DNA of 64,000 bases, taken from positions 86,213-150,212 of the forward strand of contig JAFCCO010000001.1 of assembly GCA_017610175.1 (NCBI GenBank), given 5' to 3'. This document shows positions 27,263-37,659 of this stretch, piece by piece. The first letter of the stretch is position 1, and every line of letters starts with the position of its first letter. The stretch comes from Candidatus Iainarchaeum sp. (GTDB lineage: Archaea; Iainarchaeota; Iainarchaeia; Iainarchaeales; GCA-2688035). The position numbers were made by a program, and so were the translations under genes. The notes beneath the pieces were generated by a model. It made no database searches, had not been told where the DNA came from, and saw only the letters and a list, made by a program, of their open reading frames with translations.

Positions 27263-27802
27263 ATGTTGGTTACGATGGTAAACAGGGAAGTTGTGCTTCA
27301 GACCATAAAAAAGATGAAGGAAAGCGGAATTGATAACTCAGTTATCAAGGCCACCTTGAAGGACATTGGCTTGAATGACGAGGAGTCAAAGCAGTATATG
27401 AAAGAGGCCGCAGGCGAAAAGGCTGAGGCAAAGAAAGAGGCCGATATTGTGCAGGACCAGATTGCCGAAAAGACCGCCGAGAAAACAGCTGAAAAAATCA
27501 AGGAAGAGCTTGTTGCCGAGAATGAAGAGCGTGAATTGAGGGACACAACACAGCGCGTTGTTTTGGAGGAGCAGAAGTCAAAGATGGAGGATGTTGAAAA
27601 AGGTGTCGGCAAGCTTCATCAAAAAATTGAGTCTCTTGCAACTCCCGCCAACAAGGAATTAAGCGGAAACATAGCCGTGCTTGAACAGCGCATTAACGGG
27701 ATTGATAAAAAGATTTCCGACCTTAAGGCAATCAATACCGCAACAAAGGACTTGATGGAAAAGGTTCTTGAAGCAAACCGCAAGATTCTAACCAAGCTTT
27801 AG
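27263..27802 (+). CDS. Coiled-coil hypothetical protein
   Basis: 179 aa; small helical N-domain followed by long Glu/Lys heptads. Confidence 0.75.
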   Translation: MLVTMVNREVVLQTIKKMKESGIDNSVIKATLKDIGLNDEESKQYMKEAAGEKAEAKKEADIVQDQIAEKTAEKTAEKIKEELVAENEERELRDTTQRVVLEEQKSKMEDVEKGVGKLHQKIESLATPANKELSGNIAVLEQRINGIDKKISDLKAINTATKDLMEKVLEANRKILTKL

Positions 27803-28170
27803 CCAAACAGTTTCTTGGCCGAGTCTTTTGTTTTTTTTGCGGCTTCCCCTAATTTCTTTGGCTTGAACTTCCACTTTGTCATTGTCCTTGAATTCATGCT
27901 CGCGACCTGTTCGTAGTCTGAAAAAAAGGTCTCGCCTGTTCTTGCGCCCATTTCCTTTATTCCGTCTATCCACACGGTTTGGTCCGGAACCTGCCCCTCC
28001 GCTTCCTCCATCTCATCCATTATTTTTGAGCCGAAATTTTTTGCGGAAGGGTAATTGAATACAAAAAATGATGCAATGGCTGTGACCACCGCGGGAATTG
28101 GCATCTCAAACCAGATAAAGAACATGCATGCAAAGAGAAGAAATATTCCTATGGCCGGGTTCAAAATCAT
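27799..28170 (-). CDS. Small membrane protein (2 TM plus charged tail)
   Basis: Hydrophobic N-terminal hairpin; ATGA overlap with the upstream gene. Confidence 0.75.
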   Translation of the reverse strand: MILNPAIGIFLLFACMFFIWFEMPIPAVVTAIASFFVFNYPSAKNFGSKIMDEMEEAEGQVPDQTVWIDGIKEMGARTGETFFSDYEQVASMNSRTMTKWKFKPKKLGEAAKKTKDSAKKLFG

Positions 28171-28493
28171 TCGCCCCCGCCCATCAGCCCTGAATACATG
28201 TCCGGGCTGTAGTATTCGGGTTGCTGCTCTCCGCCCCCGCCCTGCTTTACTCCAAAAATCAGTGCAAAGATAACAAGCCCGAAGAAAACGAACGGCCAGT
28301 AGGGCTCAAGGCTTGACCTAAACATATATAATGCAGCCATTGCCACAACAAGAATTATTGTTGCGGAAACGCTTCTCATTGTAAGGATTGTCACCGCAAC
28401 AACCGCAAAAGCCAGCCAGTTTTCGTTGAACTGGACGGCAAGCATCATCAGAACGAGCGCGATCATGAAGGTAAACGAGTCCATTAATAGCAC
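28167..28493 (-). CDS. Small multi-TM membrane protein
   Basis: 108 aa, almost wholly hydrophobic, translationally coupled. Confidence 0.75.
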   Translation of the reverse strand: MLLMDSFTFMIALVLMMLAVQFNENWLAFAVVAVTILTMRSVSATIILVVAMAALYMFRSSLEPYWPFVFFGLVIFALIFGVKQGGGGEQQPEYYSPDMYSGLMGGGE

Positions 28494-28766
28494 CTAATCA
28501 AATATCTTTACCTTCTCAAACAAAGTGTTTCCAAACGTTGCAAACAGGAAAATCAGCACCGGAATGAACACAAGCTGCGGGAACTGAATTACTGTCAGGT
28601 AAACTACAATTACTGCAAACAAAATCGCAAGCTTTGCGCTCCCCAAAGCCTTTTTTGCCCAGCTGAAAATCCACACAAGGTAGAACAGTGAGAGCACTAC
28701 CCAAATGTTGTCAAGCAAAGGATCCGCAAAGGGCCCGCTTACCGCAAGAATTGGCATCAAATCCAT
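28494..28766 (-). CDS. Small multi-TM membrane protein
   Basis: 90 aa with 2-3 TM segments; KKALGSAKLAILFA turn motif. Confidence 0.75.
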   Translation of the reverse strand: MDLMPILAVSGPFADPLLDNIWVVLSLFYLVWIFSWAKKALGSAKLAILFAVIVVYLTVIQFPQLVFIPVLIFLFATFGNTLFEKVKIFD

Positions 28767-28813
28767 TTTGTTTTCCTCATTAAATTAATGAATCTTATCT
28801 AATAAATTCCTTT

Positions 28814-29134
28814 CTATTTCTTCATATTCATCCCAATTCCCCACACAATTACCGAAAGGAAAGAGAATCCCATCAGAAAGTACAGCAGAATGTATGCTGA
28901 GGCCGTAAAGTAAGCCCACTTAATTACAAGGAAATAAACAAGGGCTGCTGAAATTATAAGCGAAATTACGCTGTTTCCAATGTATCCCCTCACAGTCGCA
29001 AAAATTATTATCGCAAGAATTATTCTCATAATGATGTCTGCAATCGGGAAAACCGCCATAATAACCGGGGGGATTAATGCAACAACCACAAAGGCGGCAA
29101 GAATTATCAGCACAAGATTGCCTTTCTCATTCAA
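28814..29134 (-). CDS. Small multi-TM membrane protein
   Basis: Probable TTG start MNEKGNLVLIILAA after GGAGG; VRGYIGNSVISLII turn motif. Confidence 0.7.
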   Translation of the reverse strand: MNEKGNLVLIILAAFVVVALIPPVIMAVFPIADIIMRIILAIIIFATVRGYIGNSVISLIISAALVYFLVIKWAYFTASAYILLYFLMGFSFLSVIVWGIGMNMKK

Positions 29135-29135
29135 C

Positions 29136-29510
29136 TTAACGCCTCCCTCTTGCAGGGGCTCTTGCCCTTGCGCCCTGTCCGGAAGCAACCCTCTTGGCAA
29201 GGTCTGCCCCGCTGCTTATTGGGCTCTGCTCTCCACCGCCTGAACCTCCTCCGACAAAGAAAAAGTCAATAAGGATTCCGGCCGCGCCCATCACAAGCAG
29301 CATCATAAGAACGTAAACCGTTTCAAAAAACCACGCATAGGGTGACAAAAGCATAAAGTATGCAAACCCGACAATCAACACGATTGAAACAGGCCCCTTT
29401 CCCAAATGGTTTACCGCAAAGGAAATTATTGTGAGCAGTATGAATATCTTTAGGACAAAGGTCATGTCCCGAAAAAACTCCATTATGAACAGCATGGCTA
29501 AGTCTATCAT
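29136..29510 (-). CDS. Small multi-TM membrane protein with Gly-rich, basic tail
   Basis: 124 aa; AVNHLGKGPVSIVL turn motif. Confidence 0.75.
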   Translation of the reverse strand: MIDLAMLFIMEFFRDMTFVLKIFILLTIISFAVNHLGKGPVSIVLIVGFAYFMLLSPYAWFFETVYVLMMLLVMGAAGILIDFFFVGGGSGGGEQSPISSGADLAKRVASGQGARARAPARGRR

Positions 29511-29550
29511 GCAATAACCTTAACGATTAACTGGTTTAAAATGGTTTTGC

Positions 29551-32500
29551 CTAGCTGCCGTAGCCAATGCAGGTCTGGTCTGCTGCAAGGCCTTCCTCTA
29601 TTTCACTAAGGCTGCTGTAGCTTCCCACCATTTCGTAAAGTGTTTTTGGGTTCCACCAGAAAGACGTCTCGGAACCGGTGTCTGTCACGCAAACGTCTCC
29701 GGCCTCAACAAGCTCAAAGAGGTCCTGGAGTTCTGCAACACTGTCCCTTGCTGATTTGCTGTTGTTGTTCATTGTGGAAATTCCCTTCAATTCGACCGAT
29801 GATGCCAGTGCGCTGTCAGGCGTTAGGAATGCAAGCCCTTCCGGAGCAATTCCCTTAAGTGCAAAAGAGCCGTTGGTTGGAGTGTAAATATATGTTTTGA
29901 GGTAGACGTCTCCCGAGCGCTCTGCGTCCTTCCAGTCAAGTGCGTAAGCATACTGCCACACTGCAAGCGGGTCCCCTGAAACTCCTTCCCTGTCAGGGGT
30001 ATTTGAGAACTTTTCAAACACAGGGATTCCTGTAAAGTCAAGGCACTGCCCTGCTCCCGTCCAAAAGCTAAGGCTGCTTCCAACCTCCTGCGGCTGGTCA
30101 ACATCAAGCAGTTCAAAGAATGCCGAGAACGGTTCGTCCGTTGAGCCCTTGTTTATTACCATCATAACAGGTGTTGCGTAGTGGGGGTAGAAAAGCAGGT
30201 CGTTTTCGTTGTAGCTTGAACCCCTCTTAATTTTAAGCAGCATTCCCCTGTTTGAGGCAAGTGAATTAATGTTCTTAAAGCCAAAGACAGTGTCAGTATT
30301 TAGCGTGCTGACCGTTGTGGAGCCGGAAATCTCCTCTGTATTGACAAGTATTCCGTCATCGCTGTTGACTGTGAAAGCGTCTCCTGCGTTTATGTAGTCC
30401 AATCCGTATCCTACACGCCCGTTAGAGGTTGTTTTTCCAAGCTCTCCGTTGAATGGCAGGTAGTAGAAGATGCTGTTCGGGAACGGTTCCTCTGCAATGT
30501 ACATGCTTATCTCAATTTCGGCTGTTGGGTCTCCGCTCGTGTCAAACAGTGTAAAGTCCTTGTTCTCAAAGTCAATCTTTAGCAAAATATCGTACTTTCC
30601 GGCGTTTGAGAGCTTTGTTGAATTAACATATCTTCTAACGAAGTGCATTCTGCTTGTGTCGCCAAAGTAATCTATGAATGCACCGTCTCCTCTGCTCACA
30701 AACCACTCAGGTGCGTCCATGAAAGCAATCTCATCATAGTAATCCACAAAGTCGCTCTGGAAATCTGTGCTGTATCCGTCCTCCATAAGGCTTACTTTGA
30801 ATTGCACGTAGTCCCTGAAGTCGTTCAGGTTCTGTATCTCATCAGTCCACACAACCTCTCCGAACTCGTCCATTTCCTCCAAATAATATTCAAGCGCGGG
30901 CTTTCCATCAAAGAGCCTTGTTGAGTAGGGCAGCCAGCAGGTGCCCTCTTCCTGTGTTCCGGGAATAAGGAATGAAACAGTCAGGCTGCTTGTCCTGTCC
31001 TGGTATTCGGCATCAAAGTATTCCGGGACCTCTGAGTTAACGTCGTTTCTGTTTATTGTGTCCTCGCTAATCAGCTTTGCCCTTGCGCTGTAGTAGCCGC
31101 TGCTTTCCGGCAGGTCAACAAAGCCGCATGAAACAGTTTCTGTGCTTCCGGCCGGCACAAACGCTGCCTGTGTGCATGTTTGTTGCCCAGCGCTTAGTGA
31201 AATTCCGCCTGGTGCCACAAGGTATATTTCAATATCCCCGCTTTTGTCAAACCCTGAGTTGTTTTCAATTTTGACTGCTACTGCGGCGGTTGTTCCCGCA
31301 ACGCTTTTCTCTATTGCGCTTAGGCCCATTGTTCCGCTTGGAACTTCGTGCGTTTCCATCGGAGCCTGGATTTGCTCCAGCACAAGCATTGCCGGGTTGT
31401 CCGGGCAGGTTATTACAGGGTTTTCTTTGAGGAAGTCCTCAAGTATTTTGATTCTCTTGGTTAGCATTATTCCAAACTGTGTTGCGTCACAGTATATTCC
31501 GTTTGGGTTTTCCGCAAGGCAGCTTTCGTTTGTTATTCCGCTTACTTCGTTCCATGCCCATGAGAGCTTTACGCGTGGCAGTGCATCATATCCTGTTGTT
31601 CCAAACATTGTGCCCTGCAGGCAGCCTGATTCCGGCCTGTATGGCGGAATCTTGTCAATAATTGTCTTTGTGTTGAATTTTAGGTGTATTCTTTGTGTGA
31701 ATGTTTCGGCGCTTATGTCCGGCACATTGAATGGCCCAAAGTCTCCGTCGTCTCCTGGAATTATTGTTGGGTTTGCGTGGTTGTGCTTTGTTGCGCTAAA
31801 AGCGGTTGTTCCGTAAACAGGTTCAGATTCCTCCAGAGCAGTATTTTCAAACACAACAGCCACATCCTGCCGCTCCCATGTCCCAAATACCTTGGCGTCC
31901 TCGGTATTCCAGGTTCCAGCAATTCCCTGCCTGTCAATTGTTAGTGGCAGGGCGTCTTCCTTCAGGTTAATTATGTAATCCACAAGCGGCTGCTGCACGC
32001 GCTGGGCGCATGGGTCGTCATCCGCTCCAAACAGGCCTCCGAGCAGCCCTCCTGCAAGCGCCCCAAGCGCTGCAAATGTTCCTGTAATTGCCCAGAAGTC
32101 CCCTTTCTGCATTGAGGACGCCATTGCCATTCCCTCTGCCGCTTTTGAAGCGGCTTTTGCCGCCTTCAATGCATTCTTCACCGCAGGGACGGCGTCGTCA
32201 ATTCCTTTTATTGAATTCTTAAGCTGGTCACTTATTGTGTCTTTTATTGTGTCTTTGGCGCTGCCCATTGCAGTTTTCATGGCTTCGTTTTCGGCTTCCA
32301 TCTCAGCCAGTTGCTCGGTTTTGAATGCTTGTAATTCTACTATTGCCTCATCAATTGCTGCCTCGCACGCTGCTCCTGGGCAAGTGGGAACACACTTCGG
32401 TGGGCAACAGGTTCCAGGGGCACAGCTTCTGGCAAGGCAGGGTGGGCGTGCTGCGTTCATTGCAGTGGTTAGTGCATCAATTTCCGCCTCTGTGCTTGCA

Positions 32501-35500
32501 ATTTCTTCGGGAATCTTTTTTCCAAGGTCGTCAGTAATTATTTCCTGCCCTTGCTTTGTTGCGTCAGTCATTGTGTCGCTTGCTTGCCCTGCAAGTTTTC
32601 CGGAGCCCTTAAAACCGCTTTTTCCGAATCCAAGGAATCCTCCACTTCCGCCTGAAGTGTCGAAGAAGCTTGCGGCCGCATCAAGGTTTGGTGGTTTCTC
32701 TCCGGCCGATTTTGGAGTTGCGTTCTTTTGCCCTTGTGAATAATTGTTTTGTGCCTCGCCTGCCATATCCTGTGCTTCTGTTGCCTTGTCAAGCCCGTCC
32801 TGTGCTGTGTCTGCAAAGTCTTGTGTATTGTCAAGAGCGGCATCGGTTGCTTGCTGTATGCCCTCGGTTGCTGCCGTTAATGACTGGGCAGCTCCTGTTA
32901 CTGCGCCTCCGGCTTGGCAAACAGTGTCAACCTGTGCGGCTTTTCCTGTTTCAAGTGCTTTGCTGGCTTTTTGAGTTGCATCAGCGGTTTCCTTTGCCTT
33001 TTCGGCCGCTTCAACTGCTTTGTCCGCGCTGTCAACCGCTGTTTGGGAGGCTTCCGCTGCTTTTGATGCGGCATCGCCTGCTTTTGTTGCTGCGTCCCCT
33101 CCGTCTGTTATTGCCTGGTCGTCAACTGATTCGGCAGCCTTTTGTGCGCCCTGCCCTGCTTTCAGCGCTTGCTGGGCTCCCATAATTCCTCCGATTGCGG
33201 CTCCGACTCCTGCGCCCGCAAGGTTGAAGAGTTCCTCTTCCTGTTCCTCTGCCATTCCCCAGGCACATGCGCTTGCGTCAACCGTAACCATTTCGGAGAG
33301 GCTTTTGTTCTTCAGCTGTGCTGTGTCCTTGTTTCCCTGCCCTTTGATGTTGAATTCGTATTTGTCAAGTGAGAAAATGTCGTGCTCTGACATGTCCACA
33401 AACACGTCAAGCAGCTTCACTTTTTTGAAGCTTCTTCCAGGAGTTCTTGCCGAAACCCATACTCCGTACAGTCCGGGAATTGTCTGGCGCATTACTGTTA
33501 TTTCCTGCACCGGGTTGGTTGGGGTTGTTGAAAATTTTTGCGGCATTACATTTATTCCGCCCTCTGCCCCGCCGCTGCATCCTGTGTCGTTTCTGCAGAG
33601 TGAAAAGTCAATTGTTGTGTTTCCGCAGTTGCTTGCGTCAACCACAAATGTTGTGCTTCCGTTTTCAACGCCTGGAACAAGCACAACCGATTCCGCGCCC
33701 TCGTACGTTACACAGCTTTCAAGGTTCATTATTTTGATTGATGAATCTATATAGCTTGGGGAGCTTCCGACCTTTTGGTAGCCTGTTCCCTCGCCTGTAA
33801 ACATTTCCCCGTCAATTGAAACCTGGAATTCGGCGTCCTGCCCAAGGTAGCCTTGGAGGGGGGTAAATGTAAGCAGGCCGTAGTAAAGCCCTTCTTCGCG
33901 AACGTCCTCAAACATTCTTGACCAGACAATTGGCTTGAGTGTTTCAATATTGCTTTCAGCTGAAAGGGCGTCCTGCAGGCTTAATTCAACGTTTCCCATT
34001 ATGTCGCTTTGCCAGTCTATTTTTGCAACAAGCCTGTCGAGCGGTAGGAATTTTCCCTTGCTCATGCAGTTGTTCTGCACCTCAAACTCGAGCACTGCCG
34101 CATTTCCTTGTGTTGTTGTTTCCCACTTGCTTTTTGTTATTACAACACAGTCTTCTGTTTCAGGCAGGCCGCTTATTGTTACGTTTACCTTTAGGGGGAT
34201 TATAAAGTCGTAGACAGCTCCAGCGTCCTTGTTTTCAAATGTAAGCCAGACGCTTCCCTCAAGCTTTTCCGCTTTCCTCAGGATTTCCGAAGCGTTCTCG
34301 CTGAGCTTTACCTTAACAAGCTCTACTTCCCTTACCTCATTTCCTTCAATTGTTGTTCCCTGGAACTGCCCAAGGTAGTTGGCCATTGTGGCTTCATCCA
34401 AAAGGCCTTTGAACCGCCCGCTTATGTTTGTTCTTGTCAGTTCAAGCTCGCTTGGGATAATGTTTGTTATTTCAATAAATTTGTTTGCCTCTGGCTCGTC
34501 CTTTGTTGAGAGATTTGAGGTTATTTGTTCCGGCGAAAAGAGTAGAACGTTTGCGTCAACAAACAGTTCAATCGGTTCTGCGGCATAGCCCGGCTTTTCC
34601 GCCCTGATTGTTATTTTTGTTCCCGCTGAAGAGGCCGGGATTGTAAAGCTTGCTTTTCCCAAACTGTTTGTTGTGTCTGTCCAGCTTTGCTCTGTCCTGT
34701 TGTAGGCGCTTTTTGTAATGCTTACTATTGCGTTTTGCAACTCAAACTTTTGCCCTCCATCAACCAATTCGTAGATTGTAACGTCCATTGGTGTTGCGAC
34801 AAAGGATGGAACCACAAGCGGCTGAACCTCTATTGCCATGTTCTTTTCGGATACAGCGCGAATTGAAACAATTTTTTGGAACACGATTTTTCCGTCTGCA
34901 ACCACCTTTATTTCAAAGCTGTCCGAGCCAAGCTCTGTTGGCTTGAACTTAAGTTTTGCGTTAACCGTTTTGCCTTTGGTGAAGTTTCCAAGGCTGATTT
35001 CATCAACCGTCCTTACCCTGATGTTTTCGGCGGTAATTGTTCTTGCGTCCGCGTCCTGTATTTCGTATTCTGTTATCAGGAATGTTTCATCCAACCCTAT
35101 TATTGACAGTTCACTGTCGCTGTAAACTGTGCTGCTGTTGTTTGAGATAATAAAGTTGAATACATGTGGGCTGTTGACGCGTGCCTCGTACGGTGCATAT
35201 ATGTAAAGCCCTTCCTCTTCGTCAAGAATCCATTCGCCGCTGTAGCAGAAGTCTTCGTCGCACTCCGCAAGCTCTCCCTCGTAATATTCCAGGAAATATG
35301 ATTTTGCGTAGAGGGCCTGCTTTTGTGAGCTGCTTTCCTCAACCCCTAGTGTGCTGTCGTAGGGGTCCCTTTCAATTGCGTCGTCAACCTCTGTCCACGC
35401 CCTGTAGTGCATTGGAAGCATTGTTTGCGGTGTTATCTGGCTTTTTACCCTTACTTCAATTCCAAAGAAATAGTTTGCGGCCTCTATGTCATCCCACTCA

Positions 35501-37626
35501 AAGTTAACCCATTTTGCGTCCCCTTTCACACGGTTTTCAAAGTCAACGCTGTATCCGGTGGGAGAGGTAAATGTGCTGCCTTTGAGAACTGAGGAAACGT
35601 TTCCTGCTATCAGGTCCTTTATTACAAGCGGGTCGTTTGCAAGAAGGCTTTCGTTTCCAACGCGAAAGTGTGCGCCGCCCCTGTCATAGCCGTCTGTTTC
35701 CGGAACGGCCAGCTTGAATTTTAGGATATAACGCTGTCCGGCATTTAGTGAGCCGGCAGGCTGCATGCTTGGTGTGAATGCGCCGACAAAGTCTATTTTT
35801 GGCTCGCCTGAAATAAGTCTTGGCTCAAGCTCTGCCAAAAAGTTAACAGTTGTTTCCGGGTAAAGCTGCTTTGGCATTGTGTGGACTGTTTGGAAATTGG
35901 GGTGTTTTATAACTGCGTAAACTTTCTTGTCCGCTTTCAATGAGTAGCTTGCTGTCCCGTCCGTTAGCGGAATTTTTCCAAGGCTTGTTCCTGTTATTGA
36001 AAAGAATTCAACGTCTGATTCTGCAACACTCTGCCCTTCCTCATCAACTGCCGCAACATTTACTGTTGTTTCCCCAATAAAAAGCTCTACAACAAAGTCG
36101 GTTACCGTTCTTATGTCAATCTTCTTTCCGTCCAATTTGTTGTCTCCGGATGAGGGGAATTTTTCAACATAGATGTAGTATGACTCTTCCTTGACTCCGA
36201 TAAATTCTGCGTTCCCGTTGAAGTCCGTTATTTCGGCGTCGTAGGGTGCCAAAAAATCATTTTCAAGGAAGCGAAGCTTTACTTTTGCGTTTTCAACAGG
36301 CACTTCGTCCTCGTCAAAAACCCTTACATTAATTCTCCCGCTGTTTTCAGCAGTCATTTTCTCCATTTCCAGCTCTATTACCCCGTCAATTTCGCCTGCG
36401 AGATCAAGTTCTCCGTAGAGGTAATCATCGTGCACGCTGTAAAGGATGTAATCGTCATCTTCCTCTATTGGGAAAATTACTGGCTCTCCTGCTTCGCCTG
36501 TTTTGCTCTCTGCAACGGTTTTGCCGTCCGCCCCAACAAGCCTTATTGCGGCGTCTGCAATTTCGGCACCTGAATCGGCATCGACCGCTGTGATTTCAAG
36601 CGTTCCCTTAATGCTTTTGCTTACCACAACGTTGACAGATTCTGTTTCGTCAACGCTAATTCTGATGTTTTCCTCGGTTGCAATTGCGTAATTCCCTGCC
36701 GTGTCCTGCACGCCCACACTGTATGTGCCCTGCACAATGTCCCTGAAAATTGTTTCACCGTAGAATTGCGTAAATTTCTCCTGTTCCTTCAATCCGTCTG
36801 CGTCAAACAGGCTTACTTTAAAGCTGACCGTGTCAAGAAGCTTTCCCTGCTTGTCCTTTATTTTTACCCTCAGGCTTCCAATTGCAGTTTCCTCTTCCTG
36901 CAGCCTCAGGGTTACAATGCTTTTGTCTAAGAGATACACATCTCCCGCAAATTCAACGGGTTCGAGGACAGTTGCCTGCATCACTCCGCAGCCTGGCGGT
37001 TCCTGCACCGTTATTGTTCCATCCCGATCCTCATCAATAACTTCCGGGGGGACAGGGGTTATTCCGCTTGAGCAGGCAAGCCTTACCCTAATTGGCTTTG
37101 ATGAAATCCTTTCCCCGTTTGTGTACTGGAAAACAAGTGTTCTTTCAATGATGTCAGGCAGGCTTCTTTTAAGCTTTATCAGTTTCTCCTGCGCCCCTGT
37201 TGAGACAAGAACTGTGTCCTCAAAGGGCAAAAATTCGGTTCCGCCAATCGTAAGTGTTTTGATTCTAAGTTTTGCCTCTTCCCCTGCCGGGAGGATAAGC
37301 AGTGCTTTTCCACTGCTGTCGGTCAAAACGGTTCCGGTTAGGTCACCTGAAATGAATGTAATTTCCACGTTTGCCAAAGGGTTGCCTGCATCGTCTTCCA
37401 GCAGCACATTGACTACTCCCTGCTGGATTGTAAGCACTGGGAGAAGGAAAATCGCGCCCAGCCCAATGACTGTAACAATTAGGATTGCAAGCAGGGACGG
37501 GAAAACGCTGTCGATTGGGTCTACAACCTTGTAAATGGGAATGTAGTTGTTTAGATTGTCAAGCACGGAATAGTACTTGTCTTCAACCGAAAAGTAAAGG
37601 TCCTTTATGTTGTCAACTATTCCCAT
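29551..37626 (-). CDS. Giant membrane-anchored surface protein, paralog 4 (2691 aa)
   Basis: Shared EDKYY..LD..P.YKV.DPID..PS N-motif plus TM, carboxypeptidase-regulatory/Ig-like repeats, glycine zippers flanking an Ala-rich helical hairpin, and CDATQF/FWWNPK C-terminal blocks. Confidence 0.9.
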   Translation of the reverse strand: MGIVDNIKDLYFSVEDKYYSVLDNLNNYIPIYKVVDPIDSVFPSLLAILIVTVIGLGAIFLLPVLTIQQGVVNVLLEDDAGNPLANVEITFISGDLTGTVLTDSSGKALLILPAGEEAKLRIKTLTIGGTEFLPFEDTVLVSTGAQEKLIKLKRSLPDIIERTLVFQYTNGERISSKPIRVRLACSSGITPVPPEVIDEDRDGTITVQEPPGCGVMQATVLEPVEFAGDVYLLDKSIVTLRLQEEETAIGSLRVKIKDKQGKLLDTVSFKVSLFDADGLKEQEKFTQFYGETIFRDIVQGTYSVGVQDTAGNYAIATEENIRISVDETESVNVVVSKSIKGTLEITAVDADSGAEIADAAIRLVGADGKTVAESKTGEAGEPVIFPIEEDDDYILYSVHDDYLYGELDLAGEIDGVIELEMEKMTAENSGRINVRVFDEDEVPVENAKVKLRFLENDFLAPYDAEITDFNGNAEFIGVKEESYYIYVEKFPSSGDNKLDGKKIDIRTVTDFVVELFIGETTVNVAAVDEEGQSVAESDVEFFSITGTSLGKIPLTDGTASYSLKADKKVYAVIKHPNFQTVHTMPKQLYPETTVNFLAELEPRLISGEPKIDFVGAFTPSMQPAGSLNAGQRYILKFKLAVPETDGYDRGGAHFRVGNESLLANDPLVIKDLIAGNVSSVLKGSTFTSPTGYSVDFENRVKGDAKWVNFEWDDIEAANYFFGIEVRVKSQITPQTMLPMHYRAWTEVDDAIERDPYDSTLGVEESSSQKQALYAKSYFLEYYEGELAECDEDFCYSGEWILDEEEGLYIYAPYEARVNSPHVFNFIISNNSSTVYSDSELSIIGLDETFLITEYEIQDADARTITAENIRVRTVDEISLGNFTKGKTVNAKLKFKPTELGSDSFEIKVVADGKIVFQKIVSIRAVSEKNMAIEVQPLVVPSFVATPMDVTIYELVDGGQKFELQNAIVSITKSAYNRTEQSWTDTTNSLGKASFTIPASSAGTKITIRAEKPGYAAEPIELFVDANVLLFSPEQITSNLSTKDEPEANKFIEITNIIPSELELTRTNISGRFKGLLDEATMANYLGQFQGTTIEGNEVREVELVKVKLSENASEILRKAEKLEGSVWLTFENKDAGAVYDFIIPLKVNVTISGLPETEDCVVITKSKWETTTQGNAAVLEFEVQNNCMSKGKFLPLDRLVAKIDWQSDIMGNVELSLQDALSAESNIETLKPIVWSRMFEDVREEGLYYGLLTFTPLQGYLGQDAEFQVSIDGEMFTGEGTGYQKVGSSPSYIDSSIKIMNLESCVTYEGAESVVLVPGVENGSTTFVVDASNCGNTTIDFSLCRNDTGCSGGAEGGINVMPQKFSTTPTNPVQEITVMRQTIPGLYGVWVSARTPGRSFKKVKLLDVFVDMSEHDIFSLDKYEFNIKGQGNKDTAQLKNKSLSEMVTVDASACAWGMAEEQEEELFNLAGAGVGAAIGGIMGAQQALKAGQGAQKAAESVDDQAITDGGDAATKAGDAASKAAEASQTAVDSADKAVEAAEKAKETADATQKASKALETGKAAQVDTVCQAGGAVTGAAQSLTAATEGIQQATDAALDNTQDFADTAQDGLDKATEAQDMAGEAQNNYSQGQKNATPKSAGEKPPNLDAAASFFDTSGGSGGFLGFGKSGFKGSGKLAGQASDTMTDATKQGQEIITDDLGKKIPEEIASTEAEIDALTTAMNAARPPCLARSCAPGTCCPPKCVPTCPGAACEAAIDEAIVELQAFKTEQLAEMEAENEAMKTAMGSAKDTIKDTISDQLKNSIKGIDDAVPAVKNALKAAKAASKAAEGMAMASSMQKGDFWAITGTFAALGALAGGLLGGLFGADDDPCAQRVQQPLVDYIINLKEDALPLTIDRQGIAGTWNTEDAKVFGTWERQDVAVVFENTALEESEPVYGTTAFSATKHNHANPTIIPGDDGDFGPFNVPDISAETFTQRIHLKFNTKTIIDKIPPYRPESGCLQGTMFGTTGYDALPRVKLSWAWNEVSGITNESCLAENPNGIYCDATQFGIMLTKRIKILEDFLKENPVITCPDNPAMLVLEQIQAPMETHEVPSGTMGLSAIEKSVAGTTAAVAVKIENNSGFDKSGDIEIYLVAPGGISLSAGQQTCTQAAFVPAGSTETVSCGFVDLPESSGYYSARAKLISEDTINRNDVNSEVPEYFDAEYQDRTSSLTVSFLIPGTQEEGTCWLPYSTRLFDGKPALEYYLEEMDEFGEVVWTDEIQNLNDFRDYVQFKVSLMEDGYSTDFQSDFVDYYDEIAFMDAPEWFVSRGDGAFIDYFGDTSRMHFVRRYVNSTKLSNAGKYDILLKIDFENKDFTLFDTSGDPTAEIEISMYIAEEPFPNSIFYYLPFNGELGKTTSNGRVGYGLDYINAGDAFTVNSDDGILVNTEEISGSTTVSTLNTDTVFGFKNINSLASNRGMLLKIKRGSSYNENDLLFYPHYATPVMMVINKGSTDEPFSAFFELLDVDQPQEVGSSLSFWTGAGQCLDFTGIPVFEKFSNTPDREGVSGDPLAVWQYAYALDWKDAERSGDVYLKTYIYTPTNGSFALKGIAPEGLAFLTPDSALASSVELKGISTMNNNSKSARDSVAELQDLFELVEAGDVCVTDTGSETSFWWNPKTLYEMVGSYSSLSEIEEGLAADQTCIGYGS

Positions 37627-37659
37627 TCAAAAACCATTCCATTTGGATTTTAAGCCTTT

